IMG/VR virus record: IMGVR_UViG_3300042350_003801
Source of the DNA: a virus
Lineage: Duplodnaviria > Caudoviricetes
Direction: 5' to 3' (one strand)
DNA: 64,000 bases
Position 1 is the first letter of the stretch. The number at the start of each line of letters is the position of its first letter. A program made the position numbers and the translations under genes. A model generated the notes under the pieces. The model was not told the origin of the DNA. It did no database searches and saw only the letters and a list, made by a program, of their open reading frames with translations. Positions 1 through 7,143 of this stretch are shown one piece after another.

Positions 1-86
1 TCATCTTCATCTAAGGTGTAGCTAAAGTGATATACTGGGAAATATCCAGTATCTGCTGATAGGTCTTTATAATAATCAAATTTCAT
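1..86 (-). CDS. hypothetical protein, 5' part only (MKFDYYKDLSADTGYFPVYHFSYTLDED..., runs off window)
   Basis: ATG at 86, open to window edge, preceded by a late-promoter-like ATAAATA. Confidence 0.5.
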   Translation of the reverse strand, partial: MKFDYYKDLSADTGYFPVYHFSYTLDED

Positions 87-111
87 TTTAGTTCCATTGG
101 TGACTTATTTA

Positions 112-143
112 TTAAAATGAATCCCCAACCGAAGTCGGGGATT
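112..143 (-). terminator. intrinsic terminator
   Basis: AATCCCC...GGGGATT stem around a CUUCGG loop followed by a U-rich tract on the minus strand. Confidence 0.75.
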
Positions 144-288
144 CTAAATGGTAATTCTCTAAGTTTTTCTAGAATTCTTAGAGAACGATGAATCTGATAC
201 TCAAAAGAGTAGAGCAGCGACGGTATGAAAGGGTTATCTCGCAAGGTGGCGATTTTAAATCACCGGGCGGGATACACTTTCCAATTCC
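112..288 (-). ncRNA. candidate structured small RNA
   Basis: AATAAATA late-promoter variant just upstream, several stems (GAAAG/CUUUC, GGUGAUU/AAUCGCC, UACUC/GAGUA, UUCUCUAAG/CUUAGAGAA), ends in a terminator, no ORF. Confidence 0.4.
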
Positions 289-355
289 TATTTATTATTA
301 AGACTTTCATCACAAAACAGGCAAAACTATGTGAAAGAATTTGGCTAAAAGCCAA

Positions 356-428
356 CGACCAATAGGAGATTTGAACTCCTGTAACCTACTAGACAGGTAG
401 GTGTCCTAGACCACTAGACGAATTGGCC
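356..428 (-). tRNA. trnD: tRNA-Asp(GUC)
   Basis: Cloverleaf GGCCAAT...ATTGGTC-G, anticodon arm CCTAC-CTGTCTA-GTAGG, T loop TTCAAAT; CCA not encoded. Confidence 0.95.
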
Positions 429-430
429 AT

Positions 431-479
431 ATCCAGACCGCCCCAAACGGTGCCGTCTACCGCTGACTTATTCCTGGAT
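431..479 (-). pseudogene. truncated tRNA-Pro(UGG)-like element (D arm and anticodon arm, no T arm)
   Basis: GTC-AGCGGTA-GAC D arm, ACCG-TTTGGGG-CGGT anticodon arm, closed by ATCCAG/CTGGAT; no TTC loop follows. Confidence 0.55.
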
Positions 480-499
480 GTGTCAACTATTTAGGTTGG

Positions 500-654
500 C
501 AGCGATGTGCTATTACGCCAAAAGAAACTGCATTTTTCCTCGCCACATCACTTACATATGCCACCTCTAAGGCCCGACATTACTAAGCATTTCGCAGTCT
601 TGGTGCATTTTCTACTCTTTAAAGGATGGCTGCTTCTAAGCCTACCTTTCGCTG
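500..654 (-). ncRNA. 23S rRNA GTPase-associated-centre (L11-binding, H42-H44) mimic RNA with 95-nt insertion
   Basis: GGCUUAGAAGCAGCCAUCCUUUAAAGAGU and GCGUAAUAGC match the recalled 23S 1062-1100 consensus; closing helix CAGCGA/UCGCUG; promoter upstream (TG-TATGAT overlapping GATAAATA, about 683-700). Confidence 0.8.
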
Positions 655-878
655 TTAATGAAAAGAAGTTTTGGGTATTTCCTTTCATTGCCTATTTATC
701 ATACACTAAAACTGGGGTTGCGGGAGAAGCGTGTGCCAGTTTGGGAGGTGTCTTAAATGTGGCTCCAATGTTTTTGAAACCTTGGTTACCTTAGGATATT
801 TAAGCGATTTTGTCAAGGGGTAGTGGACGGTTGGGGGAGTGTCTACTTTTTATTTTGATATTTTTTGATGGGACGTAT

Positions 879-1301
879 TCACTCTGGTATATTTAAATAA
901 TCTTCAGCCATATGTATTTTTACTTTTTGATTACTTTTCGGTTTGGATAATCTCAGTCCAAGCCATTTTTCACACTTGTTGGGGTTAACATAATAGCATT
1001 TATCCGTATCTGGACAATAAATGCACATTAAATCTAATTCATTTTTATCGTAATCTTTATGATGTGAGCCATTTCTGTCGGCCCAAGATGTTCCAAAACG
1101 TACATTAATTACGTTATTATTAGCCGCTCTATATTTAACTTGAACTCTTTTAAAAATGCCGTCTTTATACGCGACTAAATCAAAAGATTCGTGCTCTGTA
1201 TGCGGGGTAAGAATTAAATAACCCTTTTCATACAAATCAAGTTGGGCTTTTAACACACCAAGGTCGCCTTTATTTTTAGTATGGTGATACCTCATACTCA
1301 T
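879..1301 (-). CDS. free-standing PD-(D/E)XK homing endonuclease, I-Ssp6803I-like (PDDEXK_5)
   Basis: TKNKGDLGVLKAQLDL..GY, FDLVAYKDG..RVQVKY motifs; AAGGAG RBS. Confidence 0.8.
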   Translation of the reverse strand: MSMRYHHTKNKGDLGVLKAQLDLYEKGYLILTPHTEHESFDLVAYKDGIFKRVQVKYRAANNNVINVRFGTSWADRNGSHHKDYDKNELDLMCIYCPDTDKCYYVNPNKCEKWLGLRLSKPKSNQKVKIHMAEDYLNIPE

Positions 1302-1402
1302 ATTCTCCTTTATTAAGTTCGCATTTCTATTTATAAAAATGGGGAGGTTGAACCTCCCCGGAGCCTTAAAGGTGCGAACTTAATAAGGCATCTCTATTTA
1401 TA
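1302..1402 (-). promoter_or_regulatory. double late promoter with 14-bp complementary arms and an internal hairpin controlling the endonuclease
   Basis: TATAAATA at 1395-1402 and 1328-1335; inverted repeat 1310-1323/1373-1386; GGGGAGG/CCTCCCC hairpin 1341-1359. Confidence 0.7.
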
Positions 1403-1420
1403 GTAGAAGAATAATTTCAA

Positions 1421-1705
1421 CGAGAACGGCGTGACTCGAACACGCGACTTACTGCTTAGCTTACCACTACGGATTTCCCCGCCATTTCTGTTTGTGGTCT
1501 GGACCATCTCTTCATCTTATCTTACGACTTAGATGCTTCCCGTATGGCCTCTACACGTTCAGGATTTCTCCCGCTTCGCTCGGGATTGCCATAGTCTTAC
1601 GACTTTAGGGTTCCCCGAATTTGAGAAGTTACATTTATGAAGTTTCCCTCGTAAAGCTCCTATTTTCGAAGGCAGTTGTTCTAAATCCAACTGAACTACG
1701 TTCCC
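1421..1705 (-). tRNA. trnR: tRNA-Arg(UCU), intron-containing (exons 1669-1705 and 1421-1459)
   Basis: Joined exons give GGGAACG-TA-GTTC..GAAC-A-ACTGC-CTTCTAA-GCAGT-AAGTC-GCGTG-TTCGAGT-CACGC-CGTTCTC-G. Confidence 0.9.
1460..1668 (-). mobile_element. group I self-splicing intron, 209 nt, no ORF
   Basis: 5' splice after U, terminal G; P AAAUUCGGGGAA, Q GGCAAUCCCGAGC, R GUAGAGGCCAUACGG, S AAGAGAUGGUCC; P7 GGCCAU/AUGGUC; P1 CUU|C..GGAG with U-G pair; P10 UAG/CUA. Confidence 0.9.
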
Positions 1706-1837
1706 ATAATAAAACCCGAAATAACTCGGATTATGGTTTATTTAGTAAGAATCAAAAACACCCCAAATAACACAAAACGCTCCGGACGCTGAACCGGCAC
1801 AGTTAAGCACCTGAACACCTATTACAATAAGTCAGGC

Positions 1838-2101
1838 TTATTCATTCACTTCATCAGACAAATCAAAGGTTTTTCTAAACATATTGCGCCCATAAAAGAA
1901 AAGCTGTATCATTAAAACATCAAGAAGAACGGTAACAATGAATGCACCGGCAAGAGAGGATACATTATTATCGTTTACATAAACACTAACCGAGGAACTA
2001 ACTCCTTGGTCTAAAAAATAAAATAGTGGAATCCAAAGTAGAATAGCAAGAAATCGTTGTAGAATAATCATCGTTAAAATGCATAGGACGTGAATTTCCA
2101 T
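1838..2101 (-). CDS. small membrane protein (true start probably the ATG of MIILQR)
   Basis: ORF with two hydrophobic segments downstream of a promoter. Confidence 0.5.
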   Translation of the reverse strand: MEIHVLCILTMIILQRFLAILLWIPLFYFLDQGVSSSVSVYVNDNNVSSLAGAFIVTVLLDVLMIQLFFYGRNMFRKTFDLSDEVNE

Positions 2102-2168
2102 TCACCCGTTAAGAATAGCACAAAACCACAAGAACGGGGAAAACGTGTGTCAGTTCGTCAATTGTCAC

Positions 2169-2234
2169 AAAAAGAGCCCCGAAGGGCTCCAGTCAACTCA
2201 ACAACAGGAAACAGTTGGGCGCTTATCCCCAACT
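2169..2234 (-). ncRNA. candidate 66-nt small RNA
   Basis: -10 TATTCT at 2240-2245, hairpin AGUUGGG/CCCAACU, then terminator GGAGCCC-UUCG-GGGCUC-U5; no ORF. Confidence 0.55.
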
Positions 2235-2286
2235 CATTAAGAATAACACAAAACCACCAAAACGGGGAAAGCGTGTGCCAGTTTGA

Positions 2287-2727
2287 TTACTGGCTAATTT
2301 CTTCAAGATGTGGCGGAACAAAAGAAGCCCGAATACCCATAACGCCGCCCAACTCACTTTGAGCCTCGCTATTATCGGGTCTGAACTCATAATACACAGC
2401 ATTCTCAATAAGAACCCGCTCGGGTCTATACCGATACTCATCAAGTATCTGCTGGTTCTTCATTTTAGGTTTATGCATTCTCTTTTCTTCTCGTTCATAC
2501 TGCTCTATCGCAGAATCAACATCGTATTTTACTCTGCTGTTTAACAATTCAGGCGTTTTGATGATGTATTCATTTAACTCTTTCGGAGAGTATTTAGTGT
2601 TTCTTTGAATCTGGTCATTAAGAACCCAAACTTTCTCTTCAGATAAACCGGTGCAACGGGAAATACAGAAAACAATCGTTGTTAATGTCAGAGATATAAC
2701 TGTCCATCTAATAGCTTCTTTTTTCAC
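2287..2727 (-). CDS. hypothetical protein with N-terminal signal or TM segment
   Basis: 146-aa ORF in an operon. Confidence 0.65.
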   Translation of the reverse strand: MKKEAIRWTVISLTLTTIVFCISRCTGLSEEKVWVLNDQIQRNTKYSPKELNEYIIKTPELLNSRVKYDVDSAIEQYEREEKRMHKPKMKNQQILDEYRYRPERVLIENAVYYEFRPDNSEAQSELGGVMGIRASFVPPHLEEISQ

Positions 2728-2730
2728 CTA

Positions 2731-3261
2731 TCAATAAGAGCCAGGTTCTTGAAACACAGAGAGAAATACAGTTCCCTTCTTATAAAGTGGTAGAAGTTTA
2801 TCTCTTAGATCAATGTTATAAAGTCTTACACAACCTAGTGTGGGGTATAGTGGTTGTCTGGGTGCCCAGGCTCCTGGCCAAAATGCGGCAGATCCGCCAC
2901 CGTGAACCATAAGACCGGCTCTACCGTGACGAGCTTCCTGCCCTTCTAGTTCTACCATATCAAATGACATCCACCCATATGCCATTAGGGTGCGATCATA
3001 GCGGGGGTAATCGCCGTAAGTTGCATAATCATTGTAAAGCTGTCCTAGCTTATAAAGGCCAGGAACAGTATCACTTCCAGTTGCAGAAAATAGATAATCG
3101 CTACCTTGACCGCGAGCAAGAGCGGGGATTTCCCATAGAAGATTACCATAGAAATCGTATGCCTTTGCAGTCTCTACAATATCATTAACGACGATGTGAG
3201 TATCGCCAGGTTTAAATCCGAATTGTTTTGGACTTTTTCCAGGACCTACAGGTTTAGTCAT
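2731..3261 (-). CDS. L,D-transpeptidase (YkuD-like) domain protein
   Basis: MVHGGG...TLGCVRLYN His/Cys motif. Confidence 0.7.
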   Translation of the reverse strand: MTKPVGPGKSPKQFGFKPGDTHIVVNDIVETAKAYDFYGNLLWEIPALARGQGSDYLFSATGSDTVPGLYKLGQLYNDYATYGDYPRYDRTLMAYGWMSFDMVELEGQEARHGRAGLMVHGGGSAAFWPGAWAPRQPLYPTLGCVRLYNIDLRDKLLPLYKKGTVFLSVFQEPGSY

Positions 3262-3292
3262 AATTGCAGCATATTGAACTGTAATTATTTAT

Positions 3293-3790
3293 TTAATATG
3301 GATTGCCAGTGAAAACGACAAATAGAACAAAAAGAAAAACCGCAAATCCAATACCAGCAAAAATATTAAATTTAATTATTGGCACAAAAACAAATCCAAT
3401 AAAAAGAAAAATGCCACCCAAAGTGCCAGCAATTCCCAAAGTAATGCCCAATGCGATAAGAACTTTAGAGAAAAAAGGTTCCCATAGAAATTCAAGAATA
3501 TCCCAAATCTCTTTAAAAACAAAGACTATTCCGGTTCCACAAAAATTTAGGAATTTTTTACAAAGTCTAAGAAGGCCTTTACTTTTATCTCTAGGTGGAT
3601 TCTTATACTCACTAAAAATTCTAAAGTTTTCAATAGCAGTAGGATCAGCAGAATCTAGCCACTCTAAAAATTTCTCAGAGTCATAAGAGTTAATTTTTTG
3701 CCAATCTTCTTCAAACTCTTCAAAGTAGTCTGGATTATTTTTCAGGAATGCAGTTGTGATTGGTCTGGTGTGTTTCATTGGTGGTTTCAT
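3293..3790 (-). CDS. hypothetical membrane protein
   Basis: Hydrophobic C-terminal half. Confidence 0.6.
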   Translation of the reverse strand: MKPPMKHTRPITTAFLKNNPDYFEEFEEDWQKINSYDSEKFLEWLDSADPTAIENFRIFSEYKNPPRDKSKGLLRLCKKFLNFCGTGIVFVFKEIWDILEFLWEPFFSKVLIALGITLGIAGTLGGIFLFIGFVFVPIIKFNIFAGIGFAVFLFVLFVVFTGNPY

Positions 3791-3854
3791 AATAATACGG
3801 GCAAAGGGCTTCTCAAAAGAGAAACCCTTAACATTCCTAAATCAACCGTTTGAA

Positions 3855-4319
3855 TCAGTTAAGAACTTCAAGACGAACATCGGCAAGACCACTGGAGGTT
3901 ACTCCAAGATGACTTGCAATGCCTTGTCCAAGGTCTACAATACGGCCACCAACATAAGGTCCACGGTCATTTACTCTTGCAACGGCACTACGACCATTGT
4001 TAAGATTAGTGATGCGAACTCTCGTGCCAAATGGCAGGCTACGGTGAGCAACAGTAAAGGTTCCCGGTCGGTAAGTTTCACCATTAGCAGTGCGATTACC
4101 ATAGAATCCAGGACCATACCAACTTGCAACACCAGTGTATGCATAGGCAAGATTATGTTGAACCGAATGATTCTCCTCCATCATCCATTTATTCGTGTTA
4201 ATAGAAGTTTCAGGAGAAACATCTATAGAATAAGAACTAGAAGAAATTGCTCGTGCCTGAACTGGGGCTAGCAGAACTGCACCGGCAAAAAGGATTGAGA
4301 TAGTTTTGTTAATTTGCAT
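3855..4319 (-). CDS. rlpA: RlpA-like lytic transglycosylase (DPBB_1)
   Basis: GVASWYG..RTANGE..AHRSLPFGT.VRITNL.NG.S..RVNDRGPY..GRIVDL; signal peptide. Confidence 0.92.
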   Translation of the reverse strand: MQINKTISILFAGAVLLAPVQARAISSSSYSIDVSPETSINTNKWMMEENHSVQHNLAYAYTGVASWYGPGFYGNRTANGETYRPGTFTVAHRSLPFGTRVRITNLNNGRSAVARVNDRGPYVGGRIVDLGQGIASHLGVTSSGLADVRLEVLN

Positions 4320-4329
4320 TTAATTGAAT

Positions 4330-4398
4330 AGAACTCGACATCCAGGCTTGAGTACCGTCGCAACGCCCCCGTTCTAAAAGGCAGCACTCCCTGGCTCT
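4330..4398 (-). promoter_or_regulatory. structured 5' leader of rlpA
   Basis: Nested stems AGAGC/GUUCU, CAGG/CCUG, GAGUGC/GUACUC, GCC/GGC ending about 10 nt before ATG. Confidence 0.5.
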
Positions 4399-4476
4399 AG
4401 TAACACTTATTTCATTATGAAAAAGTATTTAGGATGAAATTAAACATCCTAATTAAGGATAACACAGTTTTAAGGC

Positions 4477-4623
4477 TTATGGGGCAGCAGTGGCCAGTTG
4501 TGGTTCCGACCACTCTTCCACGATTGCTTTTGTGTAATCAGGAAGATTTTTGTCCGTGAGATGTTTACAGCGTTCAGAAACCCACTTCTTGTTGGCTTCT
4601 TCAATTTTTTGTTCGTTGTTCAT
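4477..4623 (-). CDS. small hypothetical protein (48 aa, MNNEQKIEEANKKWV...)
   Basis: Translated by eye; below the ORF-track cut-off. Confidence 0.45.
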   Translation of the reverse strand: MNNEQKIEEANKKWVSERCKHLTDKNLPDYTKAIVEEWSEPQLATAAP

Positions 4624-4836
4624 AGTTATTTAAAATCTACAATGCAATCAAGAACGACGAAAATTTGGCAGTAACTACCAAACATAAACCGATTCCAAAA
4701 ATCAAGGCACTAACTCCTGCTGCAATTTTAATAAATTCCATCATTTGTGGTTAAAGGCATCACTAACATACATCATTTATTGGCCGATGGACCGTTCAGT
4801 GGACACTTCTTAAACTGTCCATAAATAGAAAGAAAA

Positions 4837-5295
4837 ATGTGGCTGTATAATAATCAAGTTCTTGAAACTGTTCCAGAAGGAATGGAGGGGTTTGTATATC
4901 TTATTGAGAACTTAACAAACAATAAGAAATACATCGGTAAAAAGCACTTCTGGGAAAGGAGAAAGGACCGTAAGACGGGTAGAAGAAAGACAAAAGAGAG
5001 CAGTTGGCAATCTTATATGGGGAGTTGCGATGAATTGATTGCCGATTATAAAGAACTAGGAAGGGTAAACTTCAGGAAAACTATTCTTTATCTTTGCCCG
5101 CATAAGAAATCAATGTCTTATTTTGAAACATTAGAGCAGTTCAAAAGAGATGTTATTATGCGCGAAGATTATTACAATACTAATGTTGAAGGCAAGTTTT
5201 TCACTTCAGAGAAAGACAACATTTACAGTAAGGTTTTAATATCTGAAACGGTTCAAGACCAATCTTCAAACATAAATCCACTTGCAGTTGAATAG
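4837..5295 (+). CDS. GIY-YIG nuclease family protein
   Basis: GFVYLIENLTNNKKYIGKK motif; CATAAATA late promoter upstream. Confidence 0.8.
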   Translation: MWLYNNQVLETVPEGMEGFVYLIENLTNNKKYIGKKHFWERRKDRKTGRRKTKESSWQSYMGSCDELIADYKELGRVNFRKTILYLCPHKKSMSYFETLEQFKRDVIMREDYYNTNVEGKFFTSEKDNIYSKVLISETVQDQSSNINPLAVE

Positions 5296-5696
5296 TGAAT
5301 CTTTGTTATTCCATTATGTTTAAGAAACAAAGTACATAGAGGACACGGGCGGGAGTTTCGGAGTTTATTACCACCGTGGCCTCCAACTCTTGCGATAATA
5401 ATTGTATCACCTTCCTCTTTCGCTCTTATTGTGGCCAAAATTTCGGAATGCAAAAACTGCTTTTTTGAATACACGTCATTATCGTGAATGCGACTTGCAA
5501 GAATAGCATACTTCTCTTGAATAGGATGAGTCTTTCTATCATAATTACAGGCAGCGGAGATAATTTTTCTTTTTTTAAGAAGTATACTTCCAACTCGTTT
5601 TTTAGAAGGAGATGCCATTGCAACCGAAATTGCACTATTAAGAATCTCCGGTTTCATTTGCGACGGGACTGCAATAATATCGCTCAAAAGATACAT
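5253..5696 (-). CDS. cytidine/dCMP deaminase-like zinc protein
   Basis: HSE and RPCPLC zinc-binding motifs. Confidence 0.8.
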   Translation of the reverse strand: MYLLSDIIAVPSQMKPEILNSAISVAMASPSKKRVGSILLKKRKIISAACNYDRKTHPIQEKYAILASRIHDNDVYSKKQFLHSEILATIRAKEEGDTIIIARVGGHGGNKLRNSRPCPLCTLFLKHNGITKIHYSTASGFMFEDWS

Positions 5697-5770
5697 CAGT
5701 TAGGCATTAAAAAAACACTCTAGCACAGTGTTGCGACCAGAGTGATTTAGGTGTGACAGTTTCTAAAGTG

Positions 5771-6940
5771 TCAGTCTTCTAGATAGTTGCTTGCAAACTC
5801 GGTTAAGGTTTCAGTGGACATATCCTCTAAGATAGACACTGCCTGACTTTCAGTTTCAGCATATCCTTCATTAATAAGATCTTCAATCATATATTGCGTT
5901 AGGAGATCGTAGTCTACTGACGCATTTACATTTTGCCGTTTCCTTGCACTACGAATTGCAGGGGCAACAGCCGAACCTTTAAGAGGATTACCGGCCTTAG
6001 ATGTAACTTGAACCCCCATTTTTGATCTAGTTCTTGATGGGAAGGCAGTAGGATTAACAGGAGCAGCGGGCCTATTGCTTAGACCCTGTAGACCCAATCT
6101 AGGCCGATTAGTTTCCGCAGAAGTAGCGGAACGAAGTCTTTGGGCAGCAGCGGAGGCTTTTGAAGTTGCAGGTTTTGCAAATACATCATCATTTGTGGCT
6201 CGGGCAGAAGCTCTGGCCTGCCGAGTTTGCTCCCTACCTGGAGTTCTGGGGGTTGGCTTGGTTAGAGGAGCCTTGTAGCCGCTTTTAGCGCCCTGATATG
6301 CGCCTCTAGCAGCATTGACTAGGCGTCTACCACCCCGGCCAACTCTTGCCAGAGCGGCTTGAGCTTTTCCTGCTACTTCACTACCAGTTTTCTTTAGTTG
6401 AGCCTTTCTATCTCTGATTTTCTTATTAGCGATTTCCATCGCACCTTTAACACTTCGCTTTGCACCACTAAGAGCGCCACGAATGGCAGCGGATCTAGAT
6501 GCACGCCGGGCTCTGGCGGCGGAATCTGAAGCAGAAGAAAGAGAACGTTTTGCAAGTTCAGAAGCAGATTCCAAATCTTTTGTGGCTTTTGCTCCAGATG
6601 CAGCTGCAGAAGTTTTAAAACGTGCGGCATCTTGGGCACTATAGCCACCCTTCAAGCCTCGCTGCGAAGATCTTCTTTGTGAAACTGACATTGCCTCATT
6701 AATCATCTCTAGAGATTCAGCGAGAATCTCATTATCAGAGAAAGTGGCTTCAAGAGTATCTACAGCCTCGTCTAGAGTATCACCATAATCCATAAATTCC
6801 CAAATTAGGGATTCCATTACCTCTTCAATTTCTTCTTGTTGAAGATAGTCTACGAAGCGAAGGTTATCGTAAAAACTGGCTTCAGTAAAACGGCTATTAT
6901 AAAGTTCACCGTAAGCCTCAGTTAGATGGTATCTAGACAT
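5771..6940 (-). CDS. probable virion internal/structural protein
   Basis: Acidic ends, basic Ala/Arg-rich middle, C-terminal DYD..LI.EGYA...A..I...MS motif shared with 17995-18399. Confidence 0.55.
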   Translation of the reverse strand: MSRYHLTEAYGELYNSRFTEASFYDNLRFVDYLQQEEIEEVMESLIWEFMDYGDTLDEAVDTLEATFSDNEILAESLEMINEAMSVSQRRSSQRGLKGGYSAQDAARFKTSAAASGAKATKDLESASELAKRSLSSASDSAARARRASRSAAIRGALSGAKRSVKGAMEIANKKIRDRKAQLKKTGSEVAGKAQAALARVGRGGRRLVNAARGAYQGAKSGYKAPLTKPTPRTPGREQTRQARASARATNDDVFAKPATSKASAAAQRLRSATSAETNRPRLGLQGLSNRPAAPVNPTAFPSRTRSKMGVQVTSKAGNPLKGSAVAPAIRSARKRQNVNASVDYDLLTQYMIEDLINEGYAETESQAVSILEDMSTETLTEFASNYLED

Positions 6941-6970
6941 ATTTTGTTTTAGGTTATATTCTCCTATTAT

Positions 6971-7138
6971 TTAGGAAACTTGTCCCAGCAACTTTTCCTC
7001 AAAGTCTTCCCAGTATTTGTCTGTTGCCTCTGTATTATCTTCGGGGCTTCCTAGATAATCAAACCAGAACTCTCCCGATTCGTGAAAGTTCTCCCAAAAG
7101 GCGGTTTTAATTTGGTCTAAAGTAAAAGTTTCTTCCAT
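6971..7138 (-). CDS. small hypothetical protein (55 aa, MEETFTLDQIKTAFW...)
   Basis: Translated by eye. Confidence 0.45.
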   Translation of the reverse strand: MEETFTLDQIKTAFWENFHESGEFWFDYLGSPEDNTEATDKYWEDFEEKLLGQVS

Positions 7139-7143
7139 TGTGT

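Noticed and set aside
290-355. Theta/HDV-like ribozyme downstream of tRNA-Asp
   Set aside because: Hairpins are present but I could not build the nested double pseudoknot or locate a catalytic C
500-654. Annotation as a true rRNA gene fragment or host contamination
   Set aside because: Only 60 nt match, the flanks are phage promoters and tRNAs, and the helices carry compensatory substitutions plus an insertion
507-794. 95-aa plus-strand ORF
   Set aside because: Antisense shadow of the GAC-mimic RNA and its promoter; no RBS or recognisable motif
2090-2444. ORFs 2090-2362 (+) and 2223-2444 (-), and a possible CRISPR-like repeat
   Set aside because: The repeats are two promoter copies, not a repeat-spacer array; the ORFs cross promoter and terminator elements
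3756-4271. 171-aa plus-strand ORF
   Set aside because: Antisense to the clearly identified rlpA
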